NCBI GenBank assembly: GCA_050084515.1
Contig: CM114271.1
Location: 6,758,001-6,822,000, forward strand
Length of the DNA stretch: 64,000 nucleotides
From: Blasia pusilla
Taxonomy: Eukaryota
Reading direction: 5' to 3'
Shown: positions 44,101 to 55,300 of the stretch, in pieces
Layout: each line of letters starts with the position of its first letter
How positions within the stretch are numbered: position 1 is the stretch's first letter
Notes under the pieces: model-generated
What the model was told of the DNA's origin: nothing
The model's input: the letters and a program-made list of their open reading frames with translations, nothing else
Database searches by the model: none
Translations under genes and position numbers: made by a program

Positions 44101-45210
44101 GGGCTTTGATCCCGGAGAGTTTCTATAGACCTCGGCCACTTTCTTTGCCACATCCTCCTTGATATATCTCTGAATTGCACCGGTCACCGGATGAGTGTGG
44201 GAGCCAATATGAACTGCCAGCCTTGTGTACTCTGACGTAGAACTGAAGTCGTGGACAATGAAAAAAATGTATGCAGGATACGCTCCAACGTAGAAAGGGG
44301 ATGCTTGACAATGAAGACATCGATGGCCTCCCGGCGGTATGGTCGCACCGACCTCATATGGAGTTTCTGCATTCTTGGGGGGAAATTGCAACATATTGAC
44401 TCGCCCATTACGCTCTAGATACAGGCATGCTGGACTTCTACATTCCAAGGCTCCAACGCATTGGCGGCGGGAGACAATCCAAGGACCACCTGGAATTGAA
44501 GCACTAGTCCGTTGAAGCCTGCACCATCAATGACAATTAGACTTTCTGTCCATACCCTTCAAGCGTCCTCCATCTTTCTTTTGAGCAGGAGCAGCAAGTG
44601 GAGGCAATTCAAAATTGCAATTATCATCGTACGTGGGCGGCAACTCGTCGACAAGAACGTGCTTGAACATTTTAAAGGGTAGAGATGATAGCAAACTATT
44701 GCCTGATACTCGCAAGAGGAACGAGTAGGCGGACAGAGGGCCCGGTTGATGTCCGACAGATCCACTGAGGTTGACGATATCCGGAATGTCTTCAGGAAGT
44801 ACAAAATTATTACGAACGTGTGAAGTTGGAGTCGATGCCGGATCTACTGAGCTAGGAGTTGCAAACGTAGAGCTCGGTGCACTAGGAAATTCTCGACCGT
44901 CTACTTGGGAAACAGAGGAATTCAGAGGCAAGCCGTAAACTATGTTTTGACCATTTGCTAGAGGTAGGAGATTCCATACTTTACGGTGTGCAATCACTAG
45001 CTGGACTGTCTCACCTATTATGTCCTCCGTACCGTCCACCCTTACATCCTTGGACACAAAGATGGTTCCCATTTGGAGAAGAAATCGAACTGAGAGAAAA
45101 TTTTCATCCACTGGTATGAAAGACTCACGAGCTTGCGGTCGAACTATTTATGATTGAGGAAGGGCCGCTAGATGATTGCCACAAGTGAGCTTCACATAAT
45201 TATCCATTCC
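41170..45210 (-). pseudogene. MULE transposase with N-terminal GCM/WRKY-like Zn domain and C-terminal SWIM finger, disrupted
   Basis: CRSPAC..CLHC..HIGSHTHP; DDE core WVSFDICYRV..FVGDNAQ..AFH and PNTSGAESVHSSW (~42600-42640); SWIM-like TCSCDDF..PYKHMYYV. Predicted intron 42669-43193 (GTGAGT..TTGCAG). Confidence 0.8.
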
Positions 45211-45778
45211 CAGAAGATTCCACCGGGAGGAGATTGAGATTAAGAATAAGAATGAGAATGAGAATGTTTAATTTATAGTGAATAGTGACTCAGATTCTCC
45301 TGACAGAATTTGACTGACAAGATGCTGTTTGGTAGGTGAGATTGTCATACGGAATGGATTCAATCCTGTTGGAACCTGTCGGAGTCCGATAGGTTGTAGA
45401 ATTAGGGAATCAGACACGTGGGTTGCAAAGCTCATAGTTCCATTTTATGTTAGTGTCCCAATGCGAGTTGCAACCCGTCGGAGTCCGTTGGGTTGGTACC
45501 CCCTTCTTGTCTAACCAATGTGATTTGAGTCAAGATTGCTAGCATCAAACACGAGACATCGCATGGATTTGCTACGACAACCCGTTGGGGACTGTTACGG
45601 GATCCAAAGGTACCTAACCTTGCTTTCCCTTTTGCATCTCGCGTCGATTTCTCTTATTCAATTAACCGTACAAACCGTGAGTGCAGTTTTTCCGTATGTT
45701 GGGAAGTGTCTAACTCCGGGTAGACCTTGTCACCCGTCAGAGGGCAACGTGTTGCCTCGGAACTATGCTTTGTCGCAT

Positions 45779-46215
45779 TGTTACCCGAGGGAGAGAAAAG
45801 TGTGCAACCTGTCGGTATCCGACGGGTTGCTCGGGTTCCTCTCCTTGTAATCCCAAGATGAGGGAAGCGTGTTACCCGTCAACCTCCGACGGGTTGCACG
45901 GGTACCTTGCCTTGTAACAAAAGCATGAAGGAAGCGTGCAACCTGTCGACCTCCGACGGGTTGCGCGGGTACCTCGCCTTGTTATCCCAAGATGAGGGAA
46001 GCGTGCAACCCCCTGGTCTCCAACGGGTTGCGCGAGTACCTCGCGTTGTTACCCCAAGACGGGGGAGGTGTGCAACCTGTCGGTCTCCGACGGGTTGCCA
46101 TGGTAGGATGGATGGATGCAATCCATGGGTCTCGGACAAGTTTCATGGGAAACTCGCTCTGCATCCCCAAGATGCGGGAAGCGTGCAACCCGTCAGAGAC
46201 CGTCGGGTTGGCCGG
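45779..46215. repeat. Tandem array of ~67-bp units, each containing the 27-bp palindrome
   Basis: Units ttgt(t/a)a.cccaagatgagggaagcgtgcaacc.gtc....tccgacgggttgc.cgggtacct.gcc starting near 45779, 45846, 45912, 45979, 46046, with a degenerate unit near 46160. Confidence 0.85.
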
Positions 46216-46534
46216 GTTCCCACGTCCAAAGTTCCATAATGGCCGATACGTCGCCGTCGGTATGACGGTGCGACCCAACGGTCAGCTCAACGGCTCGAAA
46301 AGTGTAAATAGCCAAGGTTTTGCTCACTTTCATTTTTTTTTTCGCGATTGCATGTGCTCTTCCGTGCAGCAGCTCAACAGATACCAAGGGGAGTGAGGAG
46401 GGTGAGGGCGCTTCATCATGAAACGCAAAGAGAGTTGGGTCTAGGATCACGGCGATTCATCGCGAGACCATTCAAGGGAATTTTCGTGCACAGAAAGAGA
46501 CTAGACTGTCGAGGGGGAAGCATTGACGGGAACC

Positions 46535-49500
46535 ATGACGAGGAAAAAAACACAAGCAAGCAAGGTAGGGAGCATCACTCCCAAGTCCATGAGGACTCAT
46601 GTGTCACCATCTCCAAGGCCTCGTTCGGCCAATGAGATAAGGCACCAAGAGATAGAGGAGCGGGAAAGGGAAGCAGATATGCACATGCAGGAGCTTCTTG
46701 CAAAACGTGTTCTGGAGGCGCTCGAAAAACAAAACGCCAAGGCTGAGGCATCGCACGCCTTGAAGACAAGAGTCGTCGATGAGAAACACGAGAAAAAACA
46801 TATGGACGCGTCCGTGAGGAGAGCAGAATGGAAAAAGCAATTGCCATTGAAGAAAGCCCTGCCCATCCAACAGAGAGTGTTGAGATGCACGAAATGTCCC
46901 CGATGAAGTTTGGGGACACCATGAATATAAAATCGGTTGAGGAAACGGCCAAAGTTCAAGTGACGGATGATGAGGCCATAAGGACGGCAAGCGTGGGGAT
47001 GGTGGACATCTCTAAAGAAGCAGGACAACAATCTTCCTCGTCTTTGAGCCCGGCCAAAGAAATCGACCTTTATCGGATCGATGAGTTTCCTGTGGACTTG
47101 CCAACTGCTGTCCCAGAGCAGTTTGCGGGCCAAGACACCGACCCAATCTTTGAGCGGGTAAGAAACGTTTGAGTTATGTGAAGGCCCATGATGCAATTCA
47201 TTGGCAAAAAAGTGTAGTTTATTGACTTGGTCCCCATTGTGGCAGGTTGTTAAGCAGATGGCACTGATGGAGGGCCAAAACATGCCGAGAATTCCACTTT
47301 GCCGATCGCGGACAATGGAGTACATCCGCAAAATTCACTGGGAGGAGGATATTACAAAGGTGAAACAATCGGCAGCGACAACATCCAACGTTGACAACTT
47401 CCCTCTGTTCTATGTTCAACCTTACAATGAACATGGAACCCAAGCGCTGGTGACGAAAGAGGACTTGGAAGCGCTCGATATATTCTGGAGGATGAGAGAT
47501 CAGGAGTTTAGAAGAGCTATTGAGGGGACGCAATTTAGCTAGATGCGGAACCCTTACTTCTTCATCTGGGATGGAAACCACATGTACATGGCATGGACCA
47601 AGTTTGCACAGGAGCGCCCAAATTCATTGGAGGCCCATTTTTGCGTTAAGACAATCGTGCTCCATCCATTTCCTCATCACATGGCAATGGTGGAAATGGA
47701 AATGCATGCCATGAATACGTAAGTTTCCTCTCCCTTAATTTTTATTGGTTCAACCCTTCGGTGTTAGACAGGTTGCATAATTGGAAAGCTTCAATCAAAC
47801 CGTCAGAGTCTGAGGGGTTGTCTGGTGGCCAAGCACACCGGAGAAAGTCGGGATACCGAAACCAGTCCACCATCGACGTGTGTAAAAATGAGTGCATGAT
47901 TTCTATGTTCTGAAAACTTTCGAACTTCGATGAGTTGTTAAACTAGTGGTAACAAATCATCCGACGCCTAAAAGAAACTCGTCAAAGTCCGACCAGTTGC
48001 TGGACTGTCCGCTATTTTGGGATGTTTTTGGCCGAAAGCAACTCGTCAGACTCCGACGGGTTGCATTTTCCCCCACAGGTAGATGGTCAGAGTAGGAGAG
48101 CTTGCTTTTAGGCGTCCAATTTCAGCTTTACAAGGAATTGCGCAACTTGTCGGACTCCGACGGGTTGATACGTGCAGTTTTTTCCGAAAACCAGTCTGCG
48201 AATGGAAATCATTTTACAACCCGTCAGAGTCCGACGGGTTGTAGCCAAGGACTAAAACGGATGGACCTGAAAATCACAAATCCCAGTGCAATCCGTCAAA
48301 CTCCGATGGGTTGCAATTATGTCTCAAAATTTGCGTGTGTGTTGCAATAAGTATAACAGAAAAAAGGTGTTGCGACTCGTCGGACTCCGACGGGTTGCAA
48401 TATTTTTCTCTGTGCTACCATTTCAACCACCAGGGGTTGCAACCAGTCGGTGTCCAACGGGTTGCAGGAATCCGGTAGCTTGCAATAATTCTTAACGTGT
48501 TTTTGGATGTGCAGGATTGTATCCAAGGGGAACGTCACCCACCACTGGATCCAGGATTACGACACGGTGAAAAAGGTGCTTACGACGCACCCAGAAGAGT
48601 ACATGGGGTTCTTGGGCGACTCTCTGGTAAATGGGATGTTGGCGAAGGGGGCTCAAATTAGAAAGAAGACTTGGGAAAATACCTTCATTTCCCAAGCCGC
48701 AACGCGTCCTAGAATGACCATTCACGCAGCCAATGGGAGATCACTGGGTCAGAAACTCCTGGAGGATGGTGTGCTGCCCGCTTTTGGGCCTCTGTGCTCT
48801 CGACACTGATTTTCATGAGTTGGATTCTCCTAAACTCGGAAATTCCTGACAGTGCAAATCTGTGAACGCGGTCCAGAGACACTTTCTCGCCGACCCGACC
48901 CTGTGGATCTTCGTCTCTCTTCCGCTGGCGCTTGATTATCACCTTGATTATCCTTTGTTGGTCGATCTTGGTAAATGAAGGCTTGGGAAAATACCTTCAT
49001 TTCCCAAGATCGCCTTGATTATCCTTTGTTGGTCGAAGATCCAAGCCGCCAAGAAGAGCGCTTCATTGGAACTGGAGCTAAGGGAGAACATGTTTACGTC
49101 TGAACGTGCAAAGTTTATCCAGGCCTTGAGCTCCTTGTAGAATTCCGGGTCAAGTTTGGGGTTCAAAATGGCAATGTATCGCTGCATCTTGCTTGCAGTG
49201 TACTTCGTAGCTGTAGATACTGCAGCATGGATAAACTTTGCACGTTCAGACGCAGACACGTTCTCCCTTCGCTCGAGTTCCAATGAAGCGCTCTTCTTGG
49301 CGGCTTGGATCTTAGACCAACAAAGGATAATCAAGGCGATCTTGGGAAATGAAGGTTTTCCCCAAGCCTTCATTTCCCAAGATCGACCAACAAAGGATAA
49401 TCAAGGCGATAATCAAGCGCCAGCGGAAGAGAGACGAAGATCCACAGGGTTGGGTCGGCGAGAAAGTATCTCTGGACCGCGTTCACAGATTTGCACTGTC

Positions 49501-52362
49501 AGGAATTTTCGAGTTTAGGAGAATCCAACTGATGAAAATCAATGTCGAGGGCACAGAGGCCCAAAAGTGGGCGGCACACCATCCTCCAAGAGTTTCTGAT
49601 CCTGTGATCTCCCATTGGCTACGTCGTGAATGGTAATTCTAGGATGCGTTGCGGCTTCTCGAGAAGTCCATGCTCGTGGATCTTCAAGCGGAGCTTAAGA
49701 AGATTGAGCCAGTTTTGGAGGAAGCAAACCTAGAGACTGCGGAAGATTTTGAGCTATGGCTTGATGACATCCGAGACAAGCCCACAAAAAATCCAAGCTT
49801 CAGGATGATGTTCAAGAATCACATCCTCCCTCAGGTAGACCTAGATGAAGAAATTGACCCCAAAAAAAGGGATTTCGCAAAGAAGAAGCGGGGTCTTCAG
49901 GAGCAGGTGGCCGATTCATCTCGACAAAGAGCTGCCCAACGGATGGTGTACAGGTACCTCATCAATTGTAAGAATGCAGGTACCTCGCAAAAATACCGAC
50001 ATCTTGCAAATTGTGGGCTTCTCCGCCTGATGGAGAGGCATTTTCCATGTACGACATAGAGATGGCACATGGCATGTCCGACTGGGAGGTTGAAAATTGC
50101 CCAATCTGGTTGGACTTCAACGACCCTGAGGACATAACCGAAAAAAATCTACGCCTGGTCTATGATGCAGTGGTCACAGGTAGGGACGACATTCTGAATT
50201 TCGTGCTGCGTGAAGATTTTTTCGAAGGAGATGCGGAGGAGCAAGCCCTCAAGACAGCGGAGCTGGTGTCCAAGGTCATCACCGCCAAGGACAAATCTAT
50301 AGTGTGTTTGAAAGCAAAGGCGAGGGGATTGAAGAATTCGGAGGCCGACTCTTCCAGAAAAGAGGCTGACACCTCAAGGCGAGAGGCGGAATCGTCCAGG
50401 CGAGCGGGGCAAGAGGGCCGGACCAGGTCCTCCGCCAAGAAAACTCCAATGGAGTCTGAGGTAATAGAGACCCCCACAAGCCGACCGCAGACTCGGGAGA
50501 AGCGAAAGCGGGAGGCACCTGGTTCATCCCAAGGAGCAGATAAGGATGTGGAATACACTCCATCATCCTTGGGAAGGCATAGACAAACAACGACCATGAC
50601 AAATGTCCTCATTCAGTTCACTCATCTTGTGGATGAGCTGCAAAGTTTCAGTTCCCAGGAGTCCACACCCGCCATCGACAAATTGACCATGTTGGGACGA
50701 AAACTTCAACAAAACGGGCATGCTCCCTAGACGGTCCATGGGGTGGTCGAGGAGGTGGCGGTGGATCTCCTCATCGCAAATTTTCCCTCTAGGTTTCGCT
50801 TGTGGGACAATAATCCGTCTGATACTGTCCCACACTAGAATGTCCCTCTTTCCTACGAACAGATCGCGCTCTTGTTTTCTTTTGCAGACGCTTATATGAG
50901 TGATAGGGGTTGTTTCTTGGTCTTGATTGGAGGGAGCAAGGATGAGCTCTTCAACCTTCTGTGCGTAAGGAGGTCGCTGAAGTGGAGGACGGCGCAATCA
51001 TGGGTCATTAAGAACAAGTATCCACTCCGATCGGCGATGAGTCAAGTCCGGGTAAGTGCTCTTAATCCAAATTCAACCCATCAGGCTCCGACACGTTGCA
51101 TCTCTCCATGCAACCCGTCAGATCCCAACAGCTTGTGGCTGGGGTGTTGCAATCTGTCTGAAAGCAACGGGTTGCAAATTTACCACAAGTCTCCATTGAG
51201 TGAGTGCAACATGTCAGAATCTGATGGGTTGCTCTTAGCCAACCATGGGTTGCTCTAAGCCAACAACCTGTCTGTTGGCTTTCGACGGGTTCCTCGTGGC
51301 AAAAAAAAAACACTTACACTTGTAAAACAACCCGTCGGACTCCAACTGGTTGCTCTACTGTTAGAACTATAGGCCAAGTTCTTATGGGTTGGTAATCAAC
51401 AGGGACTAGAATGCACTATGGACGTGTTGCACATTGTGTCTCCATATTGAGAGTAGACCAGCCGTCAAGTAGCTCTTTCTTTTTGCTAACATTATTTCCA
51501 ACCTGCTTCTTTACAGATGGACCACTTCTTTGTCTATTGTTTTGTTAGGCCCGAGCACAACTTCCACGTGTTCCAGATCCCGGATCCAGTCGATCCATGC
51601 TCCGATGGATACAACTTAGATAGTTTATACAATTCCCCCCTGGGAATTTACATGCAAGACGGAGCCCTTACTTGGAGGAAGGGAAAAGTCCCCTGCCTTG
51701 ATGCAAATGCTCATCGAGCTCTGTTCAAGGCCGAGTGACTTGGTCTTCGAATTAGTGGGCCTATCAGGGGCGAGTATCAGAGGTGTTTGCAGAGTGGGAG
51801 GAACATTCTCTGCCTTGAGAGAAGGAAGGAACTTTATGACCTTTGCAAAGAGGCAAGGCAGATTACGACAGACTAGTGGGAACATAAAACTCTCCTCCAA
51901 AGCCGAGAGCTCCGGTTCTAACCCACCATTGATAGTGACACCATCGTCACTTCCCACTTTTCTGAAAATCGGGAGGGCAAGGCCGATAGTAATTCTAGAA
52001 GAGCTCTCGGATGATGACAAGTGAGTTCAAAGAACTAAAGGACCCAGCTTGCCTGAAACGTTTTGGAGTAGGGATCTATTGGTTTCCAAGGATGGAGCAC
52101 ATATTGATACAGGATGGGTATCACCTTGTGGAGCGTACAAGATTTACTGCCGAGGAAGGCGGTGGGACTCAAATCAGGTTACATGGGACCGTTATGGTGT
52201 ACCTGGGGGGGGCAAGGCTCTCGAAATTCCCCAACATTTTTGATCCCCATCTACAATCGGCCAAAGGAGCCACTTGTATCCCAAGACATTCCTTTTGTGC
52301 AGGAACCTAGGAGAGTTAGGAGTAAATTTGTAGATGACGAGGCTGAAAAAATCATAGACTAG
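46535..52362 (+). pseudogene. Transposon accessory gene: ParB/Srx-like domain fused to N6-A/N4-C DNA methyltransferase-like domain, disrupted
   Basis: RIPLCR..FYVQ..FFIWDGNHMYMAW (47285-47600); VDLLIANFP..LFSFADAYMSDRGCFLVL (50761-50925); REKSPALMQMLIELCSRPSDLVFE..SGASIR/CLQSGRNILCLE (51680-51820, one frameshift). Predicted introns 47719-48514 and 51052-51516 (GTAAGT..CAG). Confidence 0.65.
48694..49657. repeat. Long inverted repeat (arms 48694-49121 and 49228-49657, ~106-bp spacer)
   Basis: The arms are reverse complements with scattered substitutions; mirror ORFs 48709-48942(-) and 49349-49636(+) share IIKRQRKRDEDPQG..HWLR. Confidence 0.92.
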
Positions 52363-55300
52363 ATCAAATGTACATTTCCGAGCTTCCCTCGGATGTAATA
52401 AAGGAAAAAAAATTTTGAACCATGATGGTGTTTGTAAAAGTTTGCTGAATATTTTTTTTGGTTTTGTCGATTGTGTTGGTCTATCTACTCAGACTGTTTA
52501 TTTTGCAACCTCTCTGATTTCGACAGGTTGCAACTTTTCACAATATTTTAAACCACTTTCAGGCAACCTGTCAGATTCCGAAAGGTCGGCGGCTTGAGTG
52601 ATCCGACTCTTTTCTTGTTAGTCCAACTTTTGAGGTATTCTTGCGGGCTTCTTCACTTTTGTCTTGTTCCCCTATTATCGTCAAACCATTCTTCTCTAAT
52701 TCTTCTCTTCTCTAGGACGTGTTGGATTCCTACTACCTATCGGATTGCCATTTGGGATTCCCAACCTGTTGGATTCTCATGGGGTGCAAGGCGAAATGGA
52801 ATCACTTCTCAAGATCCTTCTTTTGTTATTGTGTGCTTGCTTGCAAGGGATGCAACCCATCCGATTCCGACGGGTTGCAAAAGTTGCAACCTGTCGGATT
52901 TTGACGAGTTGGAAGGATTGTAGCTTCTCGGATTCTCAGATTTAGGATGTGAATGAAGGAACATGGGTGCGTCAGTTCCTCTTTACTCCTAATAGCTAAA
53001 TATCTTTTGCTTCAATTATCGTCTCGTTTGATCACATTTTCTTCTTGATCAGTTCCTCTTTACTCCTGATAGCTATCAATCTTTTGGTTCAATTGTCGTC
53101 TCGTGTGATCACATTTCTCAGTGCCAGAGAGAATGGTGAAACCAAGTTGTCAAACGCACAAAAGTCCATGGTATACTTTGTGCATCCATTCATGAGCCCA
53201 CATCATCAAATGATGTAATGAAAGTCTCCGGTTACCATGAGTGACGAGCGATTTATTCTGTTGTGGAAAACCCCCCTTATGGATGAGTATTGATGCCTTC
53301 TGCAAGAAGAGTCAACAATCATTTAAAGGCATTTCCTTTTGCCTTTCTTTTGCCCCTTATCGATGAGTATTTGATGCCTTTTGCAAGAAGAGTCAACAAT
53401 CCATAATGTCAACCACATATTCAGAGAAGTTACACCTTGAAGGGCACCAGAGTCAATTGAGACCATAGTTAGAGTCTTTATTTGAACCTTTCATTGAGAT
53501 GAAATTGCTACTTCTGGTCAAATTATTTGCCAATGGTCCTCCAACAATAATACCCTTGGGCACAACTTACTGTAGACTTGGACAAGAAATGTGAAGAAAA
53601 TTAGGCTCACATGGAGAGTGATGGAAGAATGTTGTAGTGGTCTTATGATGTCTACTTGTTTTTTTGCCCCTTGGAAAACGGAGGTTACTTTAGGCCCGAA
53701 TGTGGTCCACTTGCTACTCTCTTCTAAAGATTTCATGAATTTTAAAGCAATTTTTTTTTTCAAATATGTCAAAAAGTTTTGAAGAGAGTAGGCGGATACT
53801 CCCTCTTTTTTTTAAGAGAGGCTATCCTCTCTTCCTCTCTCCTGCCAGATTACCAGCCCTCGCCCAATTGGTAGGACCACTCAATATGTACGGTGGATCA
53901 CTAACACTTTCCTCTACACGCTCCCCCTTGTCTGAAAACAACACAAAAGGAGATCGAGGTGGTCTCTCAGGTGGAGACCCTCAAAACCTCGCACCACTCC
54001 GGATAAATCCTCTAGAGTTACTCTCGGGTCCACTACCTCGCCTCTCAAAATCGTGAAAGGACGCCGTAATGGCCCTCGTGCCCCTCTCACACGATCACTC
54101 TCAATCTCGTGAGTAATCCCTCAATCACTCAAACTAAACATGCGGCACTCAATCTACACTCTCTCACTAAGATATGTGATGTGCGGCAACAAGCAGCGTA
54201 GTGCGGAAAATCAACCGATATATCGTCTCATCGACAAACCATCCTCAACTCTGGACATCCCACACACGTCTATGCCCCCTAGACCCATACATCATCGATG
54301 CTCCTAGCATCATCATGAAACCCAATATCCCAAATAACTTCTCGATATCTGGAAATCCCTCACCCGTGAAGGGTAAGAGACCATAATGGGTAACCTAAAA
54401 ATAATGTCGATGTCGCTCCTTGATAACTGCAAATCTCGACCCTGACTCGGTCGTGAAGACAACTCCTCCAATCATCAAGTCGTACTCCTCTTGTACTGAC
54501 GCTGCTCAAACCTCCTCGATGTGCGGTGCAGGTCCAGCGGTCCGGTGCGGCACTGGCGGCTACAAATGGCACGACACTATGGAATGGGTTGCAGCACTCG
54601 GCGACATACCCTCCTCAATCAGAAATTCACATGCTCTGCTTCTTAGTAAAGGAGGGGCTCCGCGATCGAGATGGTGCAGTGCGGCCACGAGTGGCATGGC
54701 GCAACAAGTGGCGGTGCGTTGCCGCTAAGCGCATCACGGCACGGTAATCGATTTTCGTCGAGCGGCTACCAATCACAACATAACAACATGAAATGAAAAC
54801 TCAAACACCATAACCTGCGGTCACCTGCCATCACTGGTTGATGAAAAAATTGCGATGATAGTGGCGGCCAAACCAACGCACTTGGTTGCGGCGCAAGTCT
54901 AAGAATCAACGGTGGTCGTGGAGGACCCTCCACTCCGTAATGGCGGAAATGGCAACCAAAGGGTGGACAACGGGCGAATGCGACTCTGAGCAGCGCTAGG
55001 CGGCGGCGGCGGCCGACGGTGGATGGTGTACCATTGACAGTTGACCGTTGATGGTAACAACCGACTGTTGATGGTGACGATGATAGTTTACCGTCAACGG
55101 TGGACCGGTGATAGTGACTATGACGGCGGTGGCGAGTTTAGGGTTTGAACAATTTAACCCTAAAAATTGCCTAGCAATGGTAGTTTTGCAAGATTGACCA
55201 TAACGTTTTGCTCACAATTCTACATTGTGCACCGTTTGTTGCACGCGTGCACAGCTTCACGATCTAGGATAGCGTCAAAAAATATTTGGAATCAAAAATT

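Larger units (their letters stand above)
40761..53861. mobile_element. Mutator-like (MULE) DNA transposon, 13.1 kb, two divergent genes
   Basis: TSD acccaattgg (40751-40760) / gcccaattgg (53862-53871); the empty site is present in copy 1 (~17553). Degenerate TIRs gagg..ggagaggaagagagga / tcctctcttcctctctcc..cctc. Confidence 0.85.

Noticed and set aside
45779-46215. Regularly spaced palindromic repeats resembling a CRISPR array
   Set aside because: The spacers are homologous to one another (tandem repeat), no cas genes are present, and the context is a eukaryotic transposon.
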